Positions 46,373-56,986 of a stretch of DNA of 64,000 nt are shown here, one piece after another. Numbering within the stretch: the first letter of the stretch is position 1; each line of letters opens with the position of its first letter. The notes under the pieces were generated by a model. That model did no database searches, had not been told where the DNA came from, and was given only the letters and a program-made list of their open reading frames with translations. The stretch lies in contig JBAWVS010000007.1 of assembly GCA_037147175.1 (NCBI GenBank), positions 3,509-67,508 of the forward strand, read 5' to 3'. A program made the position numbers and the translations under genes. This DNA is from a bacterium. GTDB lineage: Bacteria; Cyanobacteriota; Vampirovibrionia; Gastranaerophilales; UBA9971.

Positions 46373-48571
46373 ATGAATTTTAAAAAACTATCACTTGCTG
46401 CAGCACTTTCAATAGGAATTTTAACTGTAAACAGCATAGCAAATGCGGCATGTCCTGTTGCACAACAGTTGATTCCTATACAGCCTGCTGTACCGATTGT
46501 ACAGACAGCCGTACCTATGCAGTTATGCCCAAGATGCCATGTAAATCCATGTACCTGTCAAGCTGTTGTACCACAATATAATGCATGTGACGCTCAAATA
46601 AGCGCCGCTTTACCAAACACTCACCCACATGCTAAAACTTTTGAAAGACAAGCTTTTGCGTTCCCCAGTTTAGGAAATTCATCAGTTGTTATGCCTAAAG
46701 GAAGTGAACTTGTTCAAATTGGCGGACACCAAGAAGCAATTGCCCTAAGTGATACCTGTCCTTCAGGTTTAGTAGCAGCTCCTGAGTACGGCGGAGCGCT
46801 CACGCTTTTTCCAAAAAATATGACAGGTGCAGCAGCACCATTTGGAGCTGTATGTCCTAATCAGATTATGCAGGGAACGGATATTTCAAGATGTAATATT
46901 CCAAATTCTACGAGTATTTTGCAATCAAATTATTTAAATTCACTACAAACCGGTGCAGCCGTTCCTATAGAACCTTTTAGCGGAGCATCTGCAATACTTC
47001 AGCCTTCTGTTAGCGGCTTTGCGGCTCCTATAGTACAACAACAATTGCCATCTGGTTTTGCAGCACCATTGTCTCCTTTTAACAGTTTTAGCGGTGCAGC
47101 AGCTCAATTAAGAGGTTGTCCTATCCCTATTGAAACATCCAGCGGTTTGCAATTTCAAAAAACAGAGTTAATTCCTGTTGCACCTATCTCAACCGGCGCT
47201 GCTTGCCCTGTAGGCGATCAGTATCCTGACGTTAGTTCAAATACACCTTCAGGATGTGATATCAATACAGAAACCTGTCAGGGTGTTCTTGCAGGTTATC
47301 CTGATAAATATTACAAGCCAAATGATTCTCTTAAAAGATCTGAACTTGCTGCTGCTATAGTTGCGGGTTTTGACCTCAGAAATGTACCGGCATATTCAAA
47401 ACAGATATTCTCTGACGTTTCACTTTGCCATTGGGCAAAAGCAGCTATAGATAAGGCTTACAACAGAGGTATAATTACCGGAAATACATGCAATAAATTC
47501 AGACCTGAAGAATCTGCTACAAATGCGGAAACATTAAGCGCATTAGCAAAATTGATTCCTGCAAGTGTTGCACCATGCGATATACAAAGCGTATTAGCAG
47601 CATATCCTGATTCAAATGAACTCCCTGATTGGGCAAAAGCTTCTGTAGCTAAAGCACTAAATGCAGGCGTTACAAAATGTTTACCTGATTCTGCACATAT
47701 CAAACCTAATTTACCAACACAAAGAACAGACATTGCAACAATGATTAAATCATTGAGAGAAAAACTTTGTCTTGAAACTGCAAAAGTAGCACCATGCGGA
47801 GCAGCAGCTGTTTGTCCTACATATCAGCCTCAAGTTGTTAGCGGAACAATTCCTACACTTAAAGTTCAAATGGAAGACATTGTAACTGCAAGAACAAGTT
47901 TAATCGGCGATGTTTTTGTAGCAAAAACAATCGAACCGGTAACAATCAACGGTCAATCATTCCCTTGCGGTTCACAGGTTAGAGGCAGAGTTGTTGAAGT
48001 TATCAGACCCGGAATGGGCGATAACGGCGGCATCAGGCTAGGTTTTAACAGCATTAAAAGCGGAAGCTGCGTAGCAGATTTACCTAAAGATGTACTTTCA
48101 GCGACTGTTATTAAAGAGAAAAATCCTAATATTGTTGGAAGAACGCTAGCATGGCCATTCACATGGACAGGTAAAGTTGTAGGTATAGCAGGCAGAACAG
48201 TTGGAACAACAGCAACAGTTGCAGCTAATGCTTCTGAAGGCGTACTTAACAACTTTGGTAACGGCACTAACGAAGTATTCAACGGTAAATTCCTGGCAGC
48301 AGGAAGAAGCTATTTTTCTTCACTCAGAGAAGGCGTAATGGGACCTGTTGACATTGTAAAAACTGCGTTTAGCGGAACAGCAGGTATTCTTAAAGAATCA
48401 GGAGATGAAATTGCTTATGTAGTTTCTCCGGATGGCGCAAGAATAGCTCAAGTTAACCCAAGAGAAAAACTTTCTATTGCCTTTGGCGGTTGCGGTTCAA
48501 CAGGTGCAGCTGCACCCATAATAAGCCCTTGCGCACCGGCTTGCGCTCCGGCATGTGATCCTTGCAAATAA
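46373..48571 (+). CDS. SLH-domain cell-envelope protein
   Basis: Start moved to the ATG at 46373 (SD AAGGAGG 7 nt upstream; signal peptide MNFKKLSLAAALSIGILTVNSIANA). SLH motifs: YPDKYYKPNDSLKRSELAAAIV, FSDVSLCHWAKAAIDKAYNRGIITG and YPDSNELPDWAKASVAKALNAGV. Confidence 0.8.
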   Translation: MNFKKLSLAAALSIGILTVNSIANAACPVAQQLIPIQPAVPIVQTAVPMQLCPRCHVNPCTCQAVVPQYNACDAQISAALPNTHPHAKTFERQAFAFPSLGNSSVVMPKGSELVQIGGHQEAIALSDTCPSGLVAAPEYGGALTLFPKNMTGAAAPFGAVCPNQIMQGTDISRCNIPNSTSILQSNYLNSLQTGAAVPIEPFSGASAILQPSVSGFAAPIVQQQLPSGFAAPLSPFNSFSGAAAQLRGCPIPIETSSGLQFQKTELIPVAPISTGAACPVGDQYPDVSSNTPSGCDINTETCQGVLAGYPDKYYKPNDSLKRSELAAAIVAGFDLRNVPAYSKQIFSDVSLCHWAKAAIDKAYNRGIITGNTCNKFRPEESATNAETLSALAKLIPASVAPCDIQSVLAAYPDSNELPDWAKASVAKALNAGVTKCLPDSAHIKPNLPTQRTDIATMIKSLREKLCLETAKVAPCGAAAVCPTYQPQVVSGTIPTLKVQMEDIVTARTSLIGDVFVAKTIEPVTINGQSFPCGSQVRGRVVEVIRPGMGDNGGIRLGFNSIKSGSCVADLPKDVLSATVIKEKNPNIVGRTLAWPFTWTGKVVGIAGRTVGTTATVAANASEGVLNNFGNGTNEVFNGKFLAAGRSYFSSLREGVMGPVDIVKTAFSGTAGILKESGDEIAYVVSPDGARIAQVNPREKLSIAFGGCGSTGAAAPIISPCAPACAPACDPCK

Positions 48572-48608
48572 TACAAAGTAATATTTTTAATATTTGCAGT
48601 TAATAGTG

Positions 48609-48650
48609 GCAAAGAGGCTGGTTTTACAATCAGCCTCTTTGCTTTGTTAT
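48609..48650. terminator. rho-independent terminator between convergent genes
   Basis: 12-bp stem GCAAAGAGGCTG / CAGCCTCTTTGC, followed by TTTGTT. Confidence 0.8.
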
Positions 48651-49918
48651 AAATAACTTCTAAACTTTTCAACAGCAAAATCAAGTGCGCCTTTGTTTTG
48701 CTCAAAAATACTTAAACAAGCTTCGCTTGCTGCTGAGTATTTTTCTTTATTTTTAAACAATTCTCTTATATTTACCGAAAGTTCATCTTCATTATTTACA
48801 ATGGTGGCTGATTTGTTATCAGCCATAAATTTAAAAATATCCTTGAAATTAAAAACATCCGCACCTGAAACAACAGGAATACCGTAAATAGCAGCTTCTA
48901 AAGGATTATGTCCGCCTGTGCCTGAAAAACTTCCGCCTATAAATGCAATTTTTGCCACAGAATAAAGTTTGCTCAACTCTCCCATTGTATCCAGCAAAAT
49001 TATATCTGTATTTTTAAAATGACTTTGCTTGCTCCTTAAACCAATTTTGAAGCCTGTTGCACAAATCAATTTTAATACCTGATCGTTTCTTTCTGGATGT
49101 CTGGGTGCAATTAATAATTTAAGATCTTTAATTTCGATTTTAAGCCTTTTATAAACGTTAATAATTGTTTCATCTTCGCCTTTATGTGTACTGCCTGCAA
49201 TTAAAATATTGTAATCGCTTGATTTTATTGAGTATTTAAGTTCCTTGATTTCATCTTTAGTTAGTATATTTGCAATATCAAATTTTAAATTCCCCATAAC
49301 TTCGACATTATTTGAAGAAGCACCTATATCTATAATTCTGTTTTTATCGTCATCGCTTTGCATGAGTATAAGAGAAAAATTTTTCAAAACTTTTTTAAAG
49401 AAAAATCTGATTTTTTTGTAACCTTTGTAGGAATTAGGAGAAATTCTACCGTTTACAAGAAGAAGAGGGATGTTTTTTTTGTTAACTTCATGACAAAAAG
49501 CAGGCCAAATTTCAGTTTCGGCAATAACTACGATTTTAGGATTTAAGGCATTAATTGCTGCATTTACTGAAAATTTATTGTCATAAGGAAAATATGAAAT
49601 TATGTCAGCAACATTTTTTAATTTATTTTGAGCTACCTGCTGTCCGGTTTTTGTTACGGTAGTAACTGCTATATTGTATTCAGGAAATTCGATTTTTGCT
49701 TTTTTTACCAGTGCTTCTACTGCGTTAACTTCGCCAACTGACACAGCGTGGAACCATATAGACTGCTTTGTGATTTTATTTTCTTTTATATTGGCATAAA
49801 ACCCTAATTTATTCCAAAAACCAGCTCTGAATTTGGGTTTTATTAAAAAAGCAGCCAGAATTAGCGGGCTAAAAAGGATTGAGAGAAATATTACTGCTAT
49901 GTTATATAATATGTACAA
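48647..49918 (-). CDS. waaA: 3-deoxy-D-manno-octulosonic acid (Kdo) transferase
   Basis: IWFHAVSVGEVNAVEALV, and C-terminal GGSF...GGHNPLEAA. Confidence 0.9.
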   Translation of the reverse strand: MYILYNIAVIFLSILFSPLILAAFLIKPKFRAGFWNKLGFYANIKENKITKQSIWFHAVSVGEVNAVEALVKKAKIEFPEYNIAVTTVTKTGQQVAQNKLKNVADIISYFPYDNKFSVNAAINALNPKIVVIAETEIWPAFCHEVNKKNIPLLLVNGRISPNSYKGYKKIRFFFKKVLKNFSLILMQSDDDKNRIIDIGASSNNVEVMGNLKFDIANILTKDEIKELKYSIKSSDYNILIAGSTHKGEDETIINVYKRLKIEIKDLKLLIAPRHPERNDQVLKLICATGFKIGLRSKQSHFKNTDIILLDTMGELSKLYSVAKIAFIGGSFSGTGGHNPLEAAIYGIPVVSGADVFNFKDIFKFMADNKSATIVNNEDELSVNIRELFKNKEKYSAASEACLSIFEQNKGALDFAVEKFRSYL

Positions 49919-50077
49919 TTTTTAAGTTACTTATCCGTATTTATTACCTACAGTGCTATTTTAGCATAAGAGGCTTTTTTGATTACAAAAACTTATCTTA
50001 ATATAACTTTAAACTAACACTTTTTTGCGCAATTTTTTTATTCACAGTAGTTAATTTACATGTAAATAACAATAATT

Positions 50078-50902
50078 ATGGAAATATGGGACAAAAATAT
50101 GATATTAGGGCAAATTAGATTTATTTCACCATATATTTCGCAAAAGCAAAATAATCCAATCAACACAACTAAAACAATTTCTTTTGGAACCCAGCTTGTT
50201 AATGTTGACAACCTAAAATTCACAAACCATGCAAAAGAACGTATGAAAGAAAGAAATATCAGTTTAGAAGATATAAAAAAAGGAATTAAAGATGGTAAAG
50301 CTTATTACGAAAAAACAAATACTCGTGTTGTAGTCCTTGCAAAAGGAAATGAAGGCAAATCATTGTTTGTAGTTATGGATCCGACAAGAACAACCGTTAT
50401 AACCGTTTATCATTCGAACTACGATAAGTATAACAGTAAATTTGTAATTACAAATAATGGAACACTACTAAAATCAGGTTATAAATTTTTTCCTTTGTCT
50501 GAAACTCACACACCGAATAGAATAGAAACCAGAAACGGCGGTTATAAAGATGTATTAATTGATGGTACTGTTGTTAAAGAACATATAATAACGGAAAATG
50601 GCGGTTATAAAGATGTATTATCCGATGGTACCGTTATAAAAGAACGAACAATAACAGAGAATGGCAGTTATAAAGATGTATTAAACGGTAAAGTAGTAAA
50701 AGAATATATAGTAACTGAAAACGGCTACAAAGAAATAGGAACTGACGGAAAACCGATGAAAGTTGTTGTTAAAGATAAGAATAATCAATATTATTTCTAT
50801 TTACCGGCAGAAGGAATAATAAAGCACAGAGAAACCAGATACACTAAAGATAAACCTGAATTTAATCAACTTAAAAAAAAGTTTTTTTCTGAATATAAAT
50901 AA
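50078..50902 (+). CDS. DUF4258-domain (BECR-fold RNase-toxin-like) protein with C-terminal 21-aa tandem repeats
   Basis: KFTNHAKERMKERNISLEDIKKGIKDG........VVVLAKGNEGKSLFVVMDPTRTTVITVYH fits the DUF4258 pattern. It is followed by NGGYKDVL(I/S)DGTV(V/I)KE..ITE repeated. The true start may be the internal Met at 50099. Confidence 0.65.
   Translation: MEIWDKNMILGQIRFISPYISQKQNNPINTTKTISFGTQLVNVDNLKFTNHAKERMKERNISLEDIKKGIKDGKAYYEKTNTRVVVLAKGNEGKSLFVVMDPTRTTVITVYHSNYDKYNSKFVITNNGTLLKSGYKFFPLSETHTPNRIETRNGGYKDVLIDGTVVKEHIITENGGYKDVLSDGTVIKERTITENGSYKDVLNGKVVKEYIVTENGYKEIGTDGKPMKVVVKDKNNQYYFYLPAEGIIKHRETRYTKDKPEFNQLKKKFFSEYK
50534..50780 (+). repeat. intragenic tandem repeat, period 63/63/60 nt, about 4 units
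   Basis: AA(C/T)GGCGGTTATAAAGATGTATTA... units start at 50534, 50597, 50660 and 50720. Confidence 0.85.
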
Positions 50903-50920
50903 AACAAAATATATTTTTAA

Positions 50921-53512
50921 TTACTCTACAAACAGCGATAACTGAGGTGTATCCACATCAGGTTCATCAAAACTTTTTTTCTTGGACGAAATTTTTGCAG
51001 AATAATCTTTTTGCATCCTGTTCATAAGGTTTTGAGCCCTATTAACTACAGAATCAGGTAGCCCCGCCATCTTTGCTACATGAATACCATAGCTTTTGCT
51101 TGCTCCACCCTCTACAACACGCCTGATAAACTCAAGTTCGCCTTCTTTTTCGGAGATTGTCATTCTATAATTTTTTATTTCAGGGAATTTTTCACACATT
51201 ACATTAAGTTCATGATAATGAGTAGCAAATATTGTCCTTGCTTTAATCTTTTGAGAAATGTACTCAGCAACGCTCCAAGCAATAGCTACACCGTCATAAG
51301 TCCCTGTACCCCTTCCAATTTCATCAAGAAGTATAAAACTTCTTTCTGTTGCGGAATTTAGAATATATGAAGTTTCGTTCATCTCCACCATAAATGTTGA
51401 TTGCCCCGTTGAAAGATCATCAACACCTCCAACTCTGGTAAATATTTTGTCAACAATACCAATCTGCGCATGAGAAGCAGGAACATAACTTCCTATTTGA
51501 GCAAGGATTAAGATAAGTGCATTTTGGCGCATAAATGTTGATTTACCTGCCATATTCGGACCTGTTAAAATCATAAGAACGGGTAAATTATCATCAACAG
51601 AAGAAATCAAATCATTATTGCCTCTTATACACAAATCATTCGGCACATAGCTGCCTAAAGGCAAAAGCTGCTCAATAACAGGATGGCGTCCGTCCTTGAT
51701 TAAAATGCTTGTTGACTCATTAATTTCCGGCTTAATATAGTTTAATTCTGAAGCAACTTCTGCAAAAGACAGTAATACGTCAAGTACAGCCGTTGATTTT
51801 GCCAAATCCCTGATAGGGTTAACAATTTCTTTTGAATATTCCCTAAAATTGCAATATATTTGGTACTCTAAGCCTATTGATTTTGTTTCCGCGCTTAAAA
51901 TTTCTTCTTCATGCTTCTTAAGCTCAGGAGTGATGTATCTTTCGGCATTAGAAAGAGTTTGTTTTCTGATGTAATTTTCAGGAACAAGACTTGTATTTGA
52001 ATGTGTAACTTCGATAAAAAACCCGAAAGTTTTGCTAAATCCTACTTTAAGAGATTTTATTCCTGTTCTTTCTCTTTCGTTATTTTCAAAATCAGCCAAC
52101 CATTCTTTACCGTTTCCCAGAAGAGATTTTAAATAGTCTAAATCTTTATTCACGCATGATTTAATAAGATTTCCTTCTTTAATACCGACAGGTGCAGCTT
52201 CGTCTATGGTTTTTTCAATAATACATGCAAAATCTGTAATTTCCTGATTAATTTGCGAAAATTGATTTAGAAGAGGAGATTTCATATTAAACAAAATTTT
52301 TCCAAATTCGGGAAATAACTTCAACGAATCTCTTAAAGCAATAAAATCACGCCCATTCGCTGAATTATTACTTATTTTTGTTGCCAGCCTTTCAATATCA
52401 TATACTTTGTCTAGCAGAGAGCTTAATTCAAATCTTGTTTTTGAATTTTCAATAAGTTCTTCATTAGCTTCCTGTCGTTTTTTTATTTCTAAAATATTTT
52501 GTAAAGGCTGCTGTATCCATTTTCTGAGAAGTCTTGCACCCATATTGGTTTTTGTTCTGTTTATTGCCCAAAACAGGCTTCCTTTGTAATTATTATCTCT
52601 AACTGTCTGGACAAGTTCAAGATTTCTCGCCGCATTAGCATCTATCGAAACAAATTCGTCCATATTGTACGGAATAATCACATCAAATTTAGGCAGGTCG
52701 GTTTTTTGAGTTTCTTGAAGATAATCAATAATTGCACCTGCTGCAACCAATCCCTGCGTATATTCAGGAAAACCGAATCCTTCAAGCGAATTAACATCAA
52801 ATATTTGTTTAATTTTTTCAAGTGCATTTTCTGTAGAAAAAGCCAGTGTAGGTCTTATTGTACAGTTATAATTATGAGTAATTTCTTCGGGCAAATCTAA
52901 AGTTTCTTCAGGGACAATCTGAAATGGTTTTAACTGTTTTTTACCGACCACACCTATTATTTCTGAAGGAGAAATCCTGTTTAATTCGGCTAAAAGACTA
53001 TTATAAGTGAGCTTCGAGATTCTAAATTCGCCTGTTGAAATATCAATATAGGCTAAACCGTAAAAATTATCATTTTTAGCTTTGAACACAGAAGCCAGAT
53101 AATTATTTTTTGAAGCATCCAAAAGATTCGTTTCTGTAATAGTGCCTGCCGTTATGGTTCTTACTACTTGTCGTTCTACAAGCCCTTTAGCCAGAGAAGC
53201 ATCTTCCATTTGTTCGCAAATTGCAACTTTATGACCTTTTTCAAGAAGCTTTGCAATGTAATTATCAGCTGCTTTTTGGGGAACTCCTGCCATAGGAATC
53301 CTTCCCAGTTTTCCGCCTTCTCTTCCGGTTAAAGTAAGCTCAAGATCTTTTGCAGCTATAACTGCATCTTCGAAGAACATTTCATAAAAATCCCCCATCC
53401 GATAAAACAATATCACGCCCTGATTGTCTTTTTTTATATCAAGGTATTGTTTTACCATTGGAGTGGCGTCTTCAGGGTTAACATCCCTTGTGTTTAAATA
53501 GTCTTCGCTCAT
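50921..53512 (-). CDS. mutS: DNA mismatch repair protein MutS
   Basis: TPMVKQYLDIK, GPNMAGKSTFMRQ and DEIGRGTGTYDG. Confidence 0.95.
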   Translation of the reverse strand: MSEDYLNTRDVNPEDATPMVKQYLDIKKDNQGVILFYRMGDFYEMFFEDAVIAAKDLELTLTGREGGKLGRIPMAGVPQKAADNYIAKLLEKGHKVAICEQMEDASLAKGLVERQVVRTITAGTITETNLLDASKNNYLASVFKAKNDNFYGLAYIDISTGEFRISKLTYNSLLAELNRISPSEIIGVVGKKQLKPFQIVPEETLDLPEEITHNYNCTIRPTLAFSTENALEKIKQIFDVNSLEGFGFPEYTQGLVAAGAIIDYLQETQKTDLPKFDVIIPYNMDEFVSIDANAARNLELVQTVRDNNYKGSLFWAINRTKTNMGARLLRKWIQQPLQNILEIKKRQEANEELIENSKTRFELSSLLDKVYDIERLATKISNNSANGRDFIALRDSLKLFPEFGKILFNMKSPLLNQFSQINQEITDFACIIEKTIDEAAPVGIKEGNLIKSCVNKDLDYLKSLLGNGKEWLADFENNERERTGIKSLKVGFSKTFGFFIEVTHSNTSLVPENYIRKQTLSNAERYITPELKKHEEEILSAETKSIGLEYQIYCNFREYSKEIVNPIRDLAKSTAVLDVLLSFAEVASELNYIKPEINESTSILIKDGRHPVIEQLLPLGSYVPNDLCIRGNNDLISSVDDNLPVLMILTGPNMAGKSTFMRQNALILILAQIGSYVPASHAQIGIVDKIFTRVGGVDDLSTGQSTFMVEMNETSYILNSATERSFILLDEIGRGTGTYDGVAIAWSVAEYISQKIKARTIFATHYHELNVMCEKFPEIKNYRMTISEKEGELEFIRRVVEGGASKSYGIHVAKMAGLPDSVVNRAQNLMNRMQKDYSAKISSKKKSFDEPDVDTPQLSLFVE

Positions 53513-53734
53513 AAATATTTAACTCAAATATAAATAATTCTTTATTATAAAACTAAACCACACACAAGAAAAAGCGTCAATTAAGACGCTTTTAGAGTTG
53601 ATTTTAAGTATATAATTTATGAAAGAATCATTAAGTATTGTAACGTTTTTCTTATATATTGAATATGACGGCAATATTTTTTTTTTATATATATATAGAG
53701 AACAGCGTAACCCCCGAAAACAAAGGACAAGAAG

Positions 53735-53950
53735 ATGGCGATAGGAGCAAAAGACATAGTTGATAAAGCTTTAGTTCTACAATATGCAACTATCCAAACA
53801 AATAAATTCGATGAAGTAAAAATAAGCCCTGAAGATATGTGGAAAAATATTAATATGATGGCAATGTCTTATAAAGTCCACTCTGATTTAAAAAGAACAA
53901 TGAATATCCCGAAACCACAGGTTGCTCTTAAGGCTTTCTGGGATAAATAA
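53735..53950 (+). CDS. hypothetical protein, 71 aa
   Basis: Track ORF with SD-like AAAGGACAAGAAG upstream, followed by a clear terminator. Confidence 0.45.
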   Translation: MAIGAKDIVDKALVLQYATIQTNKFDEVKISPEDMWKNINMMAMSYKVHSDLKRTMNIPKPQVALKAFWDK

Positions 53951-53998
53951 AAAAGTTTAGTTAATATTAATTGTAGGTATATGTGTTGTGTGTGTTTT

Positions 53999-54026
53999 AT
54001 CCTCCTAATCAGGAGGATTTTTTTTT
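53999..54026 (+). terminator. rho-independent terminator
   Basis: ATCCTCCT-AATC-AGGAGGAT followed by T8. Confidence 0.8.
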
Positions 54027-54051
54027 GCAATAAAACTACACTAATAAAGAT

Positions 54052-55851
54052 TTATCTTAACTTAACCCAGTCTGCTTTACGTATGCGGATGTTCTCAGGT
54101 GTGATTTCCAGTAATTCGTCTTCGCCTATGTATTCAAGACAGTCTTCGAGCGATAATTGTCTTGGAGTTGAAAGAGTTACCATTACATCAGCCGTAGCAC
54201 TACGCATGTTTGTAAGTTTTTTTGTTTTACAAACATTAACCAGAATATCCTGTGGTCTGTTATGTTCTCCCACAACCATTCCGCGATAAACTTTTGTTTT
54301 AGGGGTTACAAAGAAAACTCCTCTGTCTTCAAACTGCTGCAAAGCGTAGGGAATTGCTTCACCTGTCTCAAATGCAATTAGTGAACCGTTTCTTTGCTTT
54401 TGAATATCTCCGACAAGCGGTTTGTATGAATCAAAGTTATGATACATAATGCCTTCGCCTCGGGTCATTCTGATAAATTCGTTTCTAAAACCTATTAAAC
54501 CTCTTGCAGGAATAACAAAATTCATATTTGTACGTATTCCGTTAGAAACCATGTCAAGCATTTCTGCCTTGCGCCATGCCAGTTTTTCAATACAACTTCC
54601 TGTAAATTCGTCAGGTACGTCGATTAATAAACTTTCAAAAGGCTCATGTTCTTGACCGTTAATGTTTTTAAAAATTACTTCAGGTTTACTTACTTGAAAC
54701 TCATAGCCTTCACGTCTCATGGTTTCAATAAGTATTCCGAGGTGAAGCTCACCTCTTCCGCTAACTTTAAAAATTTCAGTACTGTCAGTGTCTTCAACTC
54801 TTAAACTTACATTCTTTTCTAATTCTTGATAAAGTCTTTTTCTTACCTGACGTGAAGTAACAAATTTCCCTTCCTGTCCTGCGAATGGTGAATCATTAAC
54901 GGAAAAATTCATTTTTAAAGTTGGTTCATCTACATTAATGAGCGGTAGAGCTTCAGGACTTTCTATAGAAGAAACTGTTTCACCGATTTGAATATCGGGG
55001 AACCCTGCTATACCGATAATATCTCCCGCATAAGCAGCATCAAGATACGTTCTTTCAAGCCCTTCAAATCCTATAATTTTTGATACCCTGTTTCTTACAA
55101 TATTGCCGTCTCTGGTAATAAGGCTTGCCTGCTGGTTATTTTCAATTTTGCCGTTTACTATTCTGCCGATGGCTATTCTACCTAAATATTCACTGTAATC
55201 CAGAGTTGTTACATGAAATTGCAAATTGCTGTTAATTTTGCCTTTGGGCGGCTTTATATTGTCAATAACTGCATCAAATAAAGGTTTAAAGCTGTCACTT
55301 TCTTCATCGATTTCATTTTTTGCAACACCTGTAAGCGCATTGGTATAAACCACAGGGAAATCGTGATGCTCTTCTTTGTCGGTTAATTCAAGGAAAAGTT
55401 CAAATACTTTATCGAGAGCGGCATGCGGATCTGCTCCCTGTCTGTCTATTTTATTTATTACCACAATCATTTTCAGTCCTAATTCAAGAGCTTTTGATAG
55501 AACAAAACGTGTTTGAGGCATCGGGCCTTCTGCTGCATCAACAATAAGCAAAGCTCCGTCTACCATACTGAGTACACGTTCTACTTCTCCGCCAAAATCA
55601 GCGTGTCCCGGAGTATCTACAACGTTTATTATGTAGTCGCCATAGTTAATACATAAATTTTTTGAAAGAATTGTTATGCCTCTTTCTCTTTCGAGGTCAT
55701 TTGAATCCATAACTCTTTCCTGCACAACTTCATTGTCGCGAAAAACTCCGCTTTGCTTCAGCATACAATCAACTAGAGTTGTTTTGCCATGATCTACGTG
55801 TGCTATTATTGCTATATTTCTTAATTTAGAAATATGGTTTTTATCTGTCAT
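54052..55851 (-). CDS. typA: translational GTPase TypA/BipA
   Basis: [30 protein letters not shown] and NKIDR. Confidence 0.95.
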   Translation of the reverse strand: MTDKNHISKLRNIAIIAHVDHGKTTLVDCMLKQSGVFRDNEVVQERVMDSNDLERERGITILSKNLCINYGDYIINVVDTPGHADFGGEVERVLSMVDGALLIVDAAEGPMPQTRFVLSKALELGLKMIVVINKIDRQGADPHAALDKVFELFLELTDKEEHHDFPVVYTNALTGVAKNEIDEESDSFKPLFDAVIDNIKPPKGKINSNLQFHVTTLDYSEYLGRIAIGRIVNGKIENNQQASLITRDGNIVRNRVSKIIGFEGLERTYLDAAYAGDIIGIAGFPDIQIGETVSSIESPEALPLINVDEPTLKMNFSVNDSPFAGQEGKFVTSRQVRKRLYQELEKNVSLRVEDTDSTEIFKVSGRGELHLGILIETMRREGYEFQVSKPEVIFKNINGQEHEPFESLLIDVPDEFTGSCIEKLAWRKAEMLDMVSNGIRTNMNFVIPARGLIGFRNEFIRMTRGEGIMYHNFDSYKPLVGDIQKQRNGSLIAFETGEAIPYALQQFEDRGVFFVTPKTKVYRGMVVGEHNRPQDILVNVCKTKKLTNMRSATADVMVTLSTPRQLSLEDCLEYIGEDELLEITPENIRIRKADWVKLR

Positions 55852-56076
55852 TTGAAAATCTTCCTTACTTTAATATTTCTGCACTCTTCTCATAATCTCA
55901 TTTATTTCGATTATAGTTTTAAATATTGATCTCTGCCTTTTAATATTGTTTAAAAACAAAAAACTTGGTGAATATAAATAATTTACCAAAAACTTGACTA
56001 TAAGTATAATAATAATTCCAATAAGACTAAAAATCAAAGAATATCGTAGGATTTAATTTTTCAGAAAAGAATAATA

Positions 56077-56886
56077 CTACGGAATCTGTATATTTAGTTC
56101 GTCAAATTTTCTTTTCAGCCTGAGATTAAATTCTCTTGCCACCGCCCATTGTTTGATAGGTTTGGTTTTTATCCTTGATTTGATTATTATTGCCGAATCA
56201 TTAAATTTTTCCAGACCGAAAATTTCTATTGGCTCTAAAATATCATGTTTATGTTGAGAATTATTTTGTAAATCTTCTCCTATAGTTTTTATAATTTCAA
56301 TAACATTATCGACATTTTCTTTCGAACTTACACCTATATCAAAAACAGAATAAGAATAATCTTTTGTCATGTTCGTAATTATATCTATTTTGCCGTTTCT
56401 AATAAAATGAACATTGCCTTCTATATCTCTTAAAACAACCATTTTTAAGTCAACTTTTTCGACAAGACCGCTTTTGTCTCCTATTTTTATAACATCACCA
56501 ACTCGAATCTGATCGCCAACAAGTATTATAAATCCGCTTATAATATCCTCAACAAGACGTTGCGAACCAAAACCGACAGCTAATCCTACAACTCCCGCTG
56601 CTGCGAGCATCGGACCTATGTTAATACCCAGTTTTTCAAGAATTATCATCGTTCCTACAGATAAAATCAAAACATCCAGAATTGATTTAGTCATTGTACG
56701 CAATGTATGGATTCTTTTTTCCAACTCTGAGCCGCAATTAGAACTCACAAAGTTTTTTATAAGTTTTTCTGTAAAGTTGTCTACAAGTTTTAAGGCAATA
56801 ATCATTAAAACAGCTATAAATATAATTTTAAGTCCGCTCGTTAAAGCCCATTTGACAAGAATATCCAGATAAAATTGTAAATGCAT
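56077..56886 (-). CDS. mechanosensitive ion channel (MscS) family protein
   Basis: ..GLAVGFGSQRLVEDIISGFIILVGDQIRVGDVIKIG..GLVEKV. Confidence 0.85.
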   Translation of the reverse strand: MHLQFYLDILVKWALTSGLKIIFIAVLMIIALKLVDNFTEKLIKNFVSSNCGSELEKRIHTLRTMTKSILDVLILSVGTMIILEKLGINIGPMLAAAGVVGLAVGFGSQRLVEDIISGFIILVGDQIRVGDVIKIGDKSGLVEKVDLKMVVLRDIEGNVHFIRNGKIDIITNMTKDYSYSVFDIGVSSKENVDNVIEIIKTIGEDLQNNSQHKHDILEPIEIFGLEKFNDSAIIIKSRIKTKPIKQWAVAREFNLRLKRKFDELNIQIP

Positions 56887-56986
56887 AACTATTTCCTCCA
56901 GCTTTATAAAAAATATTAAAATTTTAAATAATTAAAATCATAACTTAAAAATATAATTTATTATACTGAAACGAGTTTGTTTTCAG

